64,000 bases of DNA from the NCBI RefSeq assembly GCF_009914755.1, contig NC_060938.1; one strand, 5' to 3'. A program made the translations under genes and the position numbers. This stretch comes from the human T2T-CHM13v2.0 reference genome, Homo sapiens. The stretch's first letter is position 1. Each line of letters begins with the position of its first letter. Positions 1 through 24,010 of this stretch are shown piece by piece. Under the pieces are notes generated by a model that worked only from the letters and a program-made list of their open reading frames with translations, did not search any database and was not told the DNA's origin.

Positions 1-1600
1 GAAAATACAGTGTCTGAGTTTTCATCGGTCTTCACATGCTGCTATATATTCCACAGAGTTCCTTGCATGTACTGAGCTTTTGTTTTAGATGGAATAGCAC
101 AAGGAGAAAAATCTTTAAACTTAGTGCTTTGTCTATTCTTTATTTCTCTCAGGGTGGCCAGTATTTTGACTTATTTATCCTGCTTGAAAGCTACTTGAGA
201 TGTGTACTGCTATTCTAAACACGTGATCTAGTTTCTTTCATCTCTGGCATAAGATTATATAACTTAATGTTAAGTGTCTTGAGGCATAAAAGACAAAATG
301 TGGCTTATTTTAGGATCTGTTTTTTCATCGAGGTCTCGGGTATCCTTTCAAAGATAGTGAGAAGCAGACACTGCTCCTTGTGCAGCTCTGGTACCTCCTG
401 CCCACTGCTGTCACTTCAAGCCACTGGCAATGCTTCTGTCCTCGTGTCTTGGAGGAAAATCACCTGGGGGGAGGGGACTTCTTGTGGTAAGAGCAAGTGC
501 AGGTATGAAATGCGAAGATTGCCCCAGCTAAAAGTGGACAAGTCCGCTTTGTGAGATGAATACTTCCTGAGAAACTTGACAAGTATCTCTCCATTTTACC
601 ATTATGAAAACTATCATTAAAAAAAACAGTTTAGATGCCTTCTCCTTTTGAGGGAAAAAGGGTGCTTTTTATTGTATAAAGCAGCGTCTTATGTATTTTG
701 ATATACCATTGTTTGAACTTCCGTCTTTAGCTGATAGATTCTCAAATATCCTTGATTTTGGATGTTCAGTATGTTTGTGAGAGAGGTTTCTGGGAAGACT
801 CTCTTTTTGCCCTCGGGAAAAAGCAAAATATCAATGTTTGGGTGACTGTGTAAAGCTCAGTGTGTAAGAACATCTTTTTGTCTAGGTTTTCTTTCTGCTC
901 TTTATTGAAGACAAACACTCACCAAAAAGAAAAATAAAAGTTTTCAGAGAAACTAATTTTCTTTGGCAAGAGTATTACTTAATATTTTGGCCTCCTAAAG
1001 TTTCCCTAGTTAGTACTCGGACTCCTGTGCTAATTGTCAGCTTACATATCATTGTATAGAGACTGTTTATTCTGTACCAAACTGATTTCAAAAGTACTAC
1101 ATTGAAAATAAACCGGTGACTGTTTTTCTTCATAAAGTTCTGCGTTTGGCATCTTCACTCTTTCCAAAATGTATCTGTACATCAGAAATGTCACTATTCC
1201 AAGTGTCTTTTTAGTGTGGCTTTAGTATGGCTTCCTTTTAATATTGTACATACATTGTATCTTTGTTTTATGGTAATAAGTAATAAAAATGTAGACTTCA
1301 TATTTTGTACAAAATGTCCTATGTACAGAATAAAAAAGTTCATAGAAACAGCAAATATAGGTAAGTGGCACAATTATTTTTCTTTAGAAAATATCTGTAA
1401 CTTTATGCATTAGTGAAATGTTAAGTACCGACATATTTTTTAACATTTTGTAATTCAAAACTTTTTGTTTTGACATTGTTTATGAAGAGAAACTTCATAC
1501 ACTTGCCATTTAATATGCTCTTTTATCTAATTTTCAAAAACTCTAAAAAACGGTGTATCATATGGACTAAATAAAGAACATGTGAATTTTATTGCTCATC
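1..1600 (+). other. PPP2R5C: Distal 3' UTR of the upstream gene, probably PPP2R5C (PP2A B56-gamma)
   Basis: AT-rich, repeat-free, no credible ORF; five AATAAA hexamers and dense TGTA motifs on the + strand. Gene identity is inferred from recalled gene order (PPP2R5C ends ~36 kb upstream of DYNC1H1 on the same strand). Confidence 0.75.
933..1575 (+). terminator. Cluster of poly(A) signals
   Basis: AATAAA at 933, 1107, 1282, 1329 and 1570; composition becomes more GC-rich after ~1620. Confidence 0.7.
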
Positions 1601-3043
1601 ATGAAACTAAATTTAGCCATGGTGTTGAGCAAGCTGGCTCTGACGTTATCGGGTTCCCGTTAGGTCAGGGCCGCCCACACACAGGGACGCTGACTGCAGA
1701 GGGGCTGGCCATCTCCATCCAGCCCGCCTGGAGCGCTGGCTGCGCCAGATGCTAGCCACAGCTGTTCAAAGCTAAGTCTATCCACTGATTTTTTTACTTA
1801 CTTAGTGGAAAAGGCAGTGTGACTTTTTATAGACCGCCTCTTGGTTTGGTTTGGGTTTTGGGGCTTTTTTTGAGTAAGAAAAGGTGAATCAATACAATTT
1901 ATAGAAATGAAAGTCTTGAAAATAGGGAATTGCTGAAAGTATGAATTTAGGATCCTAGTTCGCCCACCTCCTCCTCAGTGGAGAGATCATTATCCTCGCT
2001 GATGCTCTTGCGAGAAGCCCATGGAAACAGGACTAAAGTGTTATCTGCTCGTGTCGTGGTTATAACCTCACCTCTCCATAGCTGCGTGTGGTCAGCACGC
2101 CGGCTGGCGTGGGAGGGCAAGCTCTGTGCTTAGCTTCCTTCTCTACCCAGTGGCGTCTGTGCTCCCTTCGCACTGACAGAGGTGCAGACGCCGTCACTCT
2201 GCAGCTGGGGGCACGTGGACGAGGCTGAGACCCAGGCAGAGTGTGGCCTTCGCCCAAGGGTCCGGTAACTTTGCTGGCTGTTTCGAAGAACCGCACACGC
2301 CCCACTTCCACCTAAAAGTGGACTCGCCAGCCAGAAGACTTCACATCCTGCACCGCTACTCACGTCGATGTTTCCGCAGACTAGATGCTCGCCCGCTGCG
2401 GTCCTTATCCCTCATCTTAAAATTGGAGGAAACCTGGTGTTTAGTAACTTCCTACAGCACGAGAGTTCGAGAGGACTCACTCACAGAGGCATGCTGCGAT
2501 TTCAGCCCAGCTGCATGCTGCTGCTATTTTGGGGTAGCAAGAAGCATAAAGGCAAAACTGTACTGGCTTCGTGTCTCCTTCCGTGAGGGTTGGCAGCACC
2601 CATCAGCAGTAATGACAAGGAGAACTCATATTTCTTAGCACTGCCTTTATGCCAGGAGCTGTGGTGGGTGCCTCATTTCCCTGGGTTAATTTACTTAGTT
2701 CTCACAACCCACCAAATAATTTACTACTATTATCCTCATTCACAAATGAGGAAACTGAGGCACACAAAGGTGAAGTCACTTGACCGAGGTCACACAAATA
2801 TTGAGTGGAGCCAGGTTTCGACCCAAGCAGTGTGGCCTGGGGTCCAAGCCCCGACCGTCATGTTACATGGTGGAAATGCCTTCTAGATGGGCAGCATCAT
2901 GGGTGACGGTGAACACAGGTGAGGGCCTGGGGACATGCCCGCAGCACCACGCCAGGCCATAAGGAACACACCCAGGTGGACAGTGTGAAGTTACGGTATT
3001 GTCAACCTAAAGGAAGAAACTGAGACAAATTAATATAGGGAGA

Positions 3044-3200
3044 GGCCAGGCCCCACGGCTCATGTCGGCAATCCCAGCTACTCAGGAGGCTGAGGTGGGA
3101 GGATCACTTGAGCCCAACAGGTTGAGACTGCAGTGAGCCGTCATCTCACTACTGCATGCCAGCCTGGGCGACAGAGCAACACCTTGTCTCAAAAAGAAAA
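3044..3200 (+). mobile_element. Alu monomer (FRAM/AluJ right-arm type)
   Basis: Alu right-arm motifs, A tail, and flanking duplication AATA(T/C)AGGGAGAG. Confidence 0.85.
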
Positions 3201-3362
3201 TACAGGGAGAGAGCTTATTTGGGCCAAGGTTGAGAGCTGCGGCCTAGGAAACACTTCCAAGTTGCCTTGAGAAATGCTCTGGGGGAGAAAAAGAGAGGCT
3301 TCTGCATTTAAAGGAAAAAGGACGGATCAGGAAAGGGGCAATTACTCAAGTTGTTTTTCAGG

Positions 3363-3423
3363 AGTTCTCATTGGTTGACAGAAACACTTGGTTAGTTCTC
3401 ATTGGTTGACAGAAACACTTGGT
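3363..3423. repeat. Perfect 30-bp tandem duplication (period 31)
   Basis: AGTTCTCATTGGTTGACAGAAACACTTGGT at 3363-3392 and 3394-3423. Confidence 0.95.
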
Positions 3424-3888
3424 GAATGATTGGCTATACATTGTTGAACTACAGGCCACGAGTTACCGTGTCCAACGTGGCATTTTTAGCTACATGGCGT
3501 AGCTATTGGTACCAGTCTGGAACCCACACAGCAGGTTTCAGGAGACGATCTCCCAAGGCAGGAGGGGGAGTGGGGCGTGGCTGCTGTCTCATTCCAGTGC
3601 CTCTGGGCCTGATCGCTGAAAGGGGGCTCACCTTCCTCAGGTAAAAAGTGTTTCCTTCTTATCCTGAACTCCAGGTGAAACCCTTGCATCTGCATTCACC
3701 ACCACTTGACACAGGAGAACCCCGGGCCCTGCAAGGTCGAGGGGTGACCACGGTCATGGGCCCCAGGGTCTGTCCTTCATGACCATTGCCCCATGGAGAC
3801 ACCCAGGGCCGCCCGGAGCCCATGCTCAGCCCCGATGTTGCATTGGGGAAGCAGCCCCTATAGAGACAGTGTCAAGGGATAGCTGTGA

Positions 3889-4624
<736 letters not shown>

Positions 4625-5653
4625 TGAGGCTTTTGTTTTTAGGTAAGTTTAGATTTTATAAAACGTCAGCATTTTTTTAAACAAACGTGCTAAATTTCAG
4701 CATATTTGGAGACCACCAACACATTAGCCTCTGTTCTCATTATATTACTAATGTGAACCTATAAAATTATCAAAAATTCAGCTCTTATTTAACATGTAGT
4801 TTTATATAAGATTTCATTTGGAGGAAAAAAAATGGATTCTACTGTCAAAAAGTTTGAAATGTACTAAGCTTAATTCAGTTCCTTTTTTAGAGACAGGAAT
4901 AGACCTAGAGGTGCAGAGATGGGCCCAAACTGACTGGAAGCCAAGTGCCCCCTACTCTCATAAGACTTTCTGCTTCGTATGAAAAGCATGATGTAAATTC
5001 CACAGAACTTGGGGGTGGGGGTGGGGGCAGGGGCCACATAAAAACTCCATAATCTCTAGAATTCCTATTTTCCTACTTACAGGTCTTACTGGTCATGTCT
5101 GGTGTAGGGTGGTTGCTCTTGAGGGGCTTTTAGAAATACACAGCTAAGGGCACAGCAGGGGAGCCCTGATTTTTAACAAATCCAGAATTGTATTTAAAAA
5201 AAAATACACAGGTAAATAAACAAGCTGGGGCTGGCCCAGGTGTACTGATTTGTGTACTTTTATAGGATAATATATAACAAATTGATTACTGGCCAATCCA
5301 AGAGGGGTTTTTGTTTATGTTTTGGGGCCTTTGTTTTTAGAGATGGCTTCTTGTTGCCCAGGCTGGCCTCAGACTCCTGGACTCAAGCGATCCTCCTCCC
5401 AAGTAGCTGGGACCACAGGCCTGTGCCACCACACCTGGCAATCCAAGAGTTTTTTTACCTATCTTCTTAATTTCTGTAAAAGCAATCAGTAACAGATACT
5501 GTTGGTGAACGAACACGCAGCACAGCTGTGATGGAAAAAGAATCGTGGAGGGGGAATGAGGAGAAACAGTGCTCAGGAGCCCCAGAGATGCTAAATGGGC
5601 ACTTTACAGCCAACAGCGCTGCTCAGGTGCTTCTGCCTCCCAGAAGTGTCTCT

Positions 5654-5675
5654 CACACACACACACACACACACC
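5654..5675. repeat. (CA)n microsatellite
   Basis: Run of about 10-11 CA units. Confidence 0.9.
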
Positions 5676-6001
5676 TGGCCACCCCCAAATCAGAATATGG
5701 ATCAGAGGGGGTGCCAAGCAAGGGGAGGATTAGGCTGGATCCTGGCGCTGAAGCATAACATTGAGAAGCCAAAGGCTGCCATTCTCCCCTGCTCCTCTCT
5801 CCCTCCCTTTCTCAGGTGTGGTGGCCTCATCCATCTTCATTTCTGCCTCCAAAACAAGGCTCCCTTCCTGCTGGTGAGCCCCCTGCTGACTCTCCCTTGG
5901 GTTCCCCTCTGTGCGCTGCCCTGAGCCGGAGCTTCCATGTCTAATGCAACGCAGGTGAGCCCGTCCGCCAGGTACTTCTTGGGTGTTTAGGTGCCTGTTG
6001 A

Positions 6002-6432
<431 letters not shown>

Positions 6433-6754
6433 TTAGACCCACGTGGCCCCACAGCCCACAGAACCAAGGCTGACCCCAAGGCTTGAGCTAAAGCAAACAG
6501 TCACGTATATCACGTGTTGCTATCAGATGACTTGTGAGAAGCTGCCTTGTTTCCAGTGCTATCAGAGCCCGGGTGATTCTCTAGCAAATGCTTTGCCGGG
6601 AAACCTGGAGGTTTCTTCTTTCGGGATTGCTTCTTTGTGAGTTTCAAACAGAGTAAAATAAAAAGTCTGCCACAGAAAATTGACATCATAATTAAAGGCC
6701 CAGAGGTCGGCGTGAGACTGGCATGAGGGGCAGAGGAAGGACATGGGGCCCACC

Positions 6755-7295
6755 CGGAGTCTCCGACCACCCCCAGGCTCAAGAGTTCCCTCTAAGGACT
6801 CACGGAAGTGAGTAAAGCTGTCGGACACACGGCTACAATTATGAGAGTGAACGGACACTGATGAAAATCAGCAACAGGACAAGATGCACAAGGCAGGGCC
6901 ATCCAGGAGATAGCGGGCTCTGCTCAGAGCTGCCAGCCGTCCTCTCCCCGTGGAGCCCTGCGGCGCGCTGGCTTCTCCTGGTGACGGTGTGCACCAGCTC
7001 GCATGGAGTATCGCCAACCAGGGAAGCTCGCCCGAGCCTTGGCGTCCACGGTTTTACTGGTTAATCATGTGTACATGGTGGCCTCAGTGTCCAGCCCCTC
7101 CAGAGGTGGGGCCATCCTGTGTGGCCCAAGACCCCCAGCATAAATCACGTTTGCCTAGACTGTCCAGCAGGGCCCAAGGCCCCCAGCTAAACAAAGCCAC
7201 TCTCACCAGGCACAGCATGCCAAGGGCCTCTCGGCTACTGCAAAGCTGGAGAAAAGGCCAGACTTCTCTTTGGACAAGGTTGAACCTTTACTGAA
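6755..7295. mobile_element. Old ERVL-type LTR (MER21/MER68/MER77 family-like)
   Basis: Motifs GACCACCCCCAGG...GGACTCAC, AAAATCAGCAA, CCAGGGAAGCTC and AAGGCCAGACTTCTCTTTGG resemble this family; recalled, not aligned. Confidence 0.55.
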
Positions 7296-7396
7296 CAGCT
7301 GTCCTCCCCACAAGAGGAACTAGAGCACAGAGGGGCTCATCTGCTGGGCCAAGGTAGCTAAGGGCAATGTGAGGGTCTCACAGTCAACCCAGGACC

Positions 7397-7436
7397 TCCC
7401 TAACTCAAAGCTCTTCCCTAACTCAAAGCTCTTCCC
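7397..7436. repeat. 18-bp tandem duplication (2.2 copies)
   Basis: TCCCTAACTCAAAGCTCT x2 followed by TCCC. Confidence 0.95.
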
Positions 7437-7777
7437 GCTACACAGCAAGAAGAAGGGACTTCCCAGCTAAATGGTGACATCTGCTTTCCACTGAATCTGA
7501 GAAAGGAGAAGCTTCCAGAATGAGACTAAATAATTTGCAGAGGAGAAGGAACAGAACTTGCCTTCAGAATGTGGACCACTCCCCGTAACTCAGAGACAAA
7601 ACAATCCCATACCTTGAAGTAGCTTGGAGATGAGCTTTATTTTATATCAACATTAATACATATGGGTATACCTAGCTTTATTTCCCCCCTCAACTTAGAG
7701 TCTGAATGTGTGGTAAGCATGTTCATCGCTGGATAAGCATCTGGTATGGTCTAATCGGCAATAAGTAGGGGAGTGGA

Positions 7778-11694
<3,917 letters not shown>

Positions 11695-11959
11695 TCACCC
11701 TCTGGGTAGACAGAGTGGACGCCCACAGCATAGAGGGGTCAGTGCTGGCAGCATGGGCCACACTTGCCCACCCCCTCCCAGCCCAGTCCCTGAGATCTTC
11801 TTCACCCAGGAACTGACACCACCACCCAGCAGACTCATCAAGCCAGAAACCCGGAGGTTGGCCATGATTCCTCCCTTCCTAGGATTCTTAGATCCTAGAG
11901 ATTGCACCTTAGCCCAGCCTTGCTCTCCCACCCCAGCCCCGCCCCTTCCCTAGTCTGCA

Positions 11960-12500
11960 GTGACAGCTTTCTCTCCAGAACGTGTTAAAATAGAGATCAC
12001 GTTGCCCTCTTGCTTAAAACCCTCGAGTGGCTTCACATGGCACTTAAATTAAGCCTGAGCCCTCCCCATGCTGACCTCTGCAGCCATGGCCAGCTGTGCT
12101 CCCACTGGTCCATCACTGGTTTCTGCTTCTCACCCACCAACCTCCTTCCCGCCCCAGTGCCTTTGCACACGCTGTCACTGTCACTTCCTACTTCTAGCCC
12201 CCGAAGTGGCGGGGCTGACTGTTTTCAACCTGCAGGTCTAAAATGCAATGGTTTCTCTCGAAAGGGGCCTTCTCTGACCACTGTCCTGAAATTGGGAACC
12301 CCCCATCCCCTTACTCTCTGTCAGGGCACCCCATTTTCATCAGAGCCCTGGTACAATTTGTCATTTCATTTATTTCTTAGTAAAGTGCCTCCACTACAAG
12401 GCAAGGAGCTCATCTGCTTTTTCTTGGAGGTGTCTCCAGTGCCCAGCTCCATCCCCAGTGCAGACGGGACAGCTTGCTCAGCTTGTGAAGTGAATGAGGT
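11960..12500 (+). mobile_element. L2 3' fragment
   Basis: GATCACGTTGCCCTCTTGCTTAAAACCCTC...CCTTTGCACACGCTGT...TCTCCAGTGCCCAGC...GTGAATGA resembles the L2 3' end. Confidence 0.6.
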
Positions 12501-12792
12501 GTGAAGAGCAGGATGCACATCCGCAGTGACTGTGCCTGAAGAGGGCAGAGCCGTGGGAGAACACTCGCTCATCCCGATGTCTGTGGACCGTGCCAATAAC
12601 GGCGGTGAACCCAATGCAGATTCCCCTGCTTCCATGTCCTGAGACAGTCCAGCAAGTCAGGTTCCATGGCAGGAAGCCAGCACCGCAGTGGGGAGAGGTT
12701 AGGGCACTGCAGGGAGGCTTCCCACTGGGCTTCCCCCAATGAAAGTGGAGAATGTCCCAAGCAAGAGGACCCGTGCAAAGACCCGAAGATGA

Positions 12793-13307
<515 letters not shown>

Positions 13308-13352
13308 GGCAGATAGAAAAAATATTTTTTTACAAAAGTAAAATAAAAAAAG

Positions 13353-14020
13353 AAACGTAATCCCCAGTGCAACAGTGCTGGGAAGTGTAGCCTTTGGGAG
13401 GTGACTGAGTCATAAGGGCTCTGCTCTCATGAGTGGGATTTGATGACCTTATAAAAGGGCTTGATGGAGACAGTCTGACTCTTTTCACCCCTTTGCCACG
13501 TGAGCACACAGAGTTCATCCCTTCAGGAGTGCACAGCAGTCAAGACACCATCTTGGAAGGTGGGGCCAGGCCCTCACCAGACAACAAATCTGCTGGTGCC
13601 CTGATCTTGCACTTCCAGCCTCCAGAACTGGGAGCAATAAAGGTCTGTTCTTTTTTTTTTTTTTTTTTCTGGAGACAGAGTCCCACTCTGTCGCCCAGGC
13701 TGGAGTGCAGTGGCGCATCTCTCTGCTCACCACAACCTCCGCCTCCCAGGTTCAAGTGATTCTCCTGCCTCAGCCTCCCAAGTAGCTGGGATTACAGGCA
13801 TGCGCCACCATGCCCGGCCAATTTTTGTATTTTTAGTAGAGACGGAGTTTCACCAGGTTGGCCAGGATGGTCTCGATCTCTTGACCTCGTGATCTGCCCA
13901 TCTCAGCCTCCCAAAGTGCTGGGATTACAGGCGTGAGCCACCACACCTGGCCAAAGTTCTCTTCTTTATAAATGACCCTATCTGTGGTATTTTGTTATAG
14001 CAGCACAAATGGACTAAGAC
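13353..14020 (+). mobile_element. MaLR LTR (MST/MLT1A type) split by a minus-strand Alu (13650-13952)
   Basis: CCTTATAAAAG, GCCCTCACCAGAC, CTTCCAGCCTCCAGAACTG, AATAAA and the terminal TTGTTATAGCAGCACAAATGGACTAAGACA. Confidence 0.85.
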
Positions 14021-14187
14021 AGACTGTCAAGGACACTAGAGACAATGTGAGGCTGAGGGGCTGTTCCTGACAGGAGGCTGACGAGTCATGGCAAGGAAGT
14101 GCCATGCACATTCTGGATAGAGAATAGGACAGAAGGGAAAGAAGACTTTGCGGGTATCTGGTGAAATGGAATGGAGTCTGATGTTGA

Positions 14188-14930
<743 letters not shown>

Positions 14931-15011
14931 GGATAATCACATAAGAGACATTTTGGTGATTAGGGAACAGAAACAGAGCCCTGCTGTAGAGGACTGGTCA
15001 GAAGAGGAGAT

Positions 15012-16027
<1,016 letters not shown>

Positions 16028-16667
16028 TGAAGGGGACGGGCAACTCGAAGCCAGAGCTCAAGGGAGGGGTTGGTCTTAAACAGGAGCAGAGAATCCATTT
16101 TAACAGAAGGCAAAAAAAAAAAAAAAAAAAAGATTTAAGGAGCAAATGCAGGTAAATATATAGATTTGGGGTGGGTTGGATTAAGGAGTTGCCCTCTGAT
16201 ACCCTCGAGTTTCTCCGCAAAGTATGAATGTTCAAGTGAAGATTTGATCAAGAATTTAAAGTGAAACCAGTGGCATGCTTCTCTGTGGCCACACTGGGGT
16301 AGGGAGGCTGGGGGAATGGAAGACCCAGAACTGCTGCCCACCTGTGTGTGCCCCCTTCCCCAGGACTGAGGTTTTCCTCAGTGACTGGCACCATTTGCCC
16401 TGTACATGTCCTTTCAAGGGAGACTATGGGTGATGACCCAGAATTGACAAGAGGTAACTGGCATTTCTCCTTCTAAAGGGATGCTGGGGGAACTTTGTTT
16501 CCTCCTACAGCACCTCCCCGGGAAAGCATCCCTCTAAACTGTGACGAGGCATGAAACAGGTAATTACCATAATATTCAACAGAGCTGTGACAACGAAAAG
16601 TCCCAAACTCTGGGGGGACCCACATCTGTACAACTTTCTAGCTCAGGCGGGCTCTAGGGAGGAGTTT

Positions 16668-17274
<607 letters not shown>

Positions 17275-17348
17275 TGATGTCAGAGTGGAGTTGCAATTTC
17301 AGCTTCATTTGCCTCTCAGTGGTCTCATCCGTGGAAAGGAGATAATAA

Positions 17349-17510
<162 letters not shown>

Positions 17511-17590
17511 TAATATCATTGTCCTATCCCCATTTCACACTGAGAAAAAGGCTCTGAGAGGGAAAGGGGTCCACTGAAATTAGCAGCCCT

Positions 17591-18031
<441 letters not shown>

Positions 18032-18301
18032 TTAGCAGCCCTGGTGGGACAAGAGATTCCAATGGTAGTGGGGAAGATGGGAGGAAAGAGCATTTTAGTT
18101 TATTGTTGATGGCTACGCAGATTTGTACAACTCTTTGGAAGGGTAATTAGGTAATGTTTAAAATGTTTAAAATGCTAAACATTTAAAATGTCTAAAATGT
18201 CATACCTTTTGACTCTGCAATTCTGCTTCTAGGAATTTAGCCACCAGCACTTGCACAAAAGAATGACAGCTACAAGCCCAAGAATGCTCATGACAGCATC
18301 A

Positions 18302-21145
<2,844 letters not shown>

Positions 21146-21519
21146 GGTGTGTGCAGGTAACAGCAAGTAGTCTTAAAAGAGTAGACCGAGGTGTGTGCAG
21201 AGGGCAACAGTTGGGATATTTGCCTCTGTCTAATTAGCACCTTTGGACATTTGCGTCAGGCTCTGTGCTGACAAAGAGCGCACTGACGACCACAGTAGGG
21301 CCCTGCCAGTCCTGTGATGGCACCCAGCATTTAAGTGTGACAGAAGCCACCCACAACAAGCTACATACTGCATATAATTTAAGGGGGTCACGGCCCCGGA
21401 AGCCCAGCCATGGACCACGGTTTAAGTACCCCTAGTCCAGCTGGAACAATAAACATGAAATGAGTGCCTGGCTTGGAATGCAAGCCAGGCCGTGACAGAA
21501 ATGAGGAAGGAGCCGATGG

Positions 21520-22520
21520 TTTCAGAGGCTGTCGCGAGGAGAGGGCCTTAGAGGCAGGCGGGGGACGACAGCGGACCTAAACTTCTGGGCCCAGGAGAAG
21601 TTCGTTCTTTCCTCCAGGATACCTGGAGCCGAGTGCAGGATCTCAGCGAGAAATGCCCCAATCTCAAGGGCGGCACCGAGAGGTGACGCAAGCGGCGCGC
21701 GAGGTTGCGTCAATGCAGGACCGCCCCGCCTCCGGCCTGTGCATTGTGGGACCTAAGGGCACCTGTCAGACGCCCAATCTCGCGAGTGAGCGAGATTCAC
21801 GCGGAACGCAGAGGTGAGAACGGGGAAGGCCCTCCTCAGCAGGAGTCCCGCCCCCTGAAGGGCATGGGCCAATCACAATGCCTCTCCTTCCTGGCCGCTG
21901 GGATTGGTCCGAGGGTGCACATGACCGGACTGCGGGACATGTGACCGTGCCGATCTAGGTCGTGTGACCCGTCTGGTGTAGTCCTGGAACAAGGGTTTTG
22001 CTGCGGAGGGAAACGGCCAGAGAGACCTCGATCTAAGACCGGGGTTTGGAGACTGGCGGGCCTCGGAACAGCAGAGCTAGCGGACTTCCGGTCTGGCCCT
22101 CCGCTCACGGCCGAGGGCAAGGCGGGTTAGGTCACTTGCTGAGGAAAGAGCTCAATATGTCACGTGTTCCTCTCCCAATGACGTGGACCTCAGTTCCCTC
22201 TCCAGTGAAGTGGGCACAGTGTTGCCCGAAAAAGGGTGCTCTGGGGCTTGCCTGAGACGGGACGCGTGGAAATGCCCTGCCGAATATGAATGGGGCGATG
22301 GCCTCGCGGGACGGAGCAGCCCAGGAAAGCTGACCGTGGGCTGGGTTGTGGAGCGGAGCCCCAGGGCCTCGGCTGACTTAGCGGCCAGTCGTACATAGTG
22401 GGTATGCGGCGGGCCCGACGCCAGTCGTTGTGGACCACTGACTTGTAATCTTTACGACCTCAGTGAGGGTCAGAAGTGTCCGCGAGCCCTGTAGGCGAGG
22501 AGAGGCCTGGCTGAGGGCGC
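21520..22520. promoter_or_regulatory. Orphan CpG island with promoter-type motif cluster
   Basis: CpG-rich unique sequence with GC boxes, several CCAAT boxes, and ZNF143-like, TCTCGCGAG, ETS, E-box and CRE-like motifs (see findings). Confidence 0.75.
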
Positions 22521-22944
22521 ACAGCCTGGAAGGGGAGAAACTAGAGCTGGACTCTGCTTGACCCACAGACCCTCCGCCAGGTTGCCTTTGCGAGGCAAGA
22601 AGCGAAGGTTGGCGAGCCAGCTGGGAGTACCCACCCCCTCCATGCCTGGTGGAGTCACCCAAGCCCCAGCGACACCCCGGCCTGCCCAAGGTACTGGTGA
22701 CCCTGGAGGCCGGGGCCCTGGCTTCTCAGTCAGGGTCTCCTCCCCATGGCGGCAGAGCTGTCTGGCGTTTTGAGCCCTTTACACCAGGGGCAAGAGGGCT
22801 GCAGGCCAGAGCCAGCAAAAGAGAAGAAGCAGAGGGAATGAGAAACCTAGAAGGTGGAACGGGAAGGAGGGGGTGAAATGGGCAAAGGCCTCCAAAAAAA
22901 ACAACTTCCGCCTCCTAAGTTTAGTGCATTTAACTCTATAAATA

Positions 22945-24010
<1,066 letters not shown>

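Larger units (their letters stand above)
3000..3663 (-). mobile_element. ERV1-class (MER4-group-like) solo LTR, interrupted by an Alu monomer
   Basis: Begins TGTCAACCTAAAGGAAG; contains ...TTATTTGGGCCAAGGTTGAG..., repeated ATTGG boxes and a TTTAAA box, resembling minus-strand MER4-group LTRs. Exact family uncertain. Confidence 0.55.
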
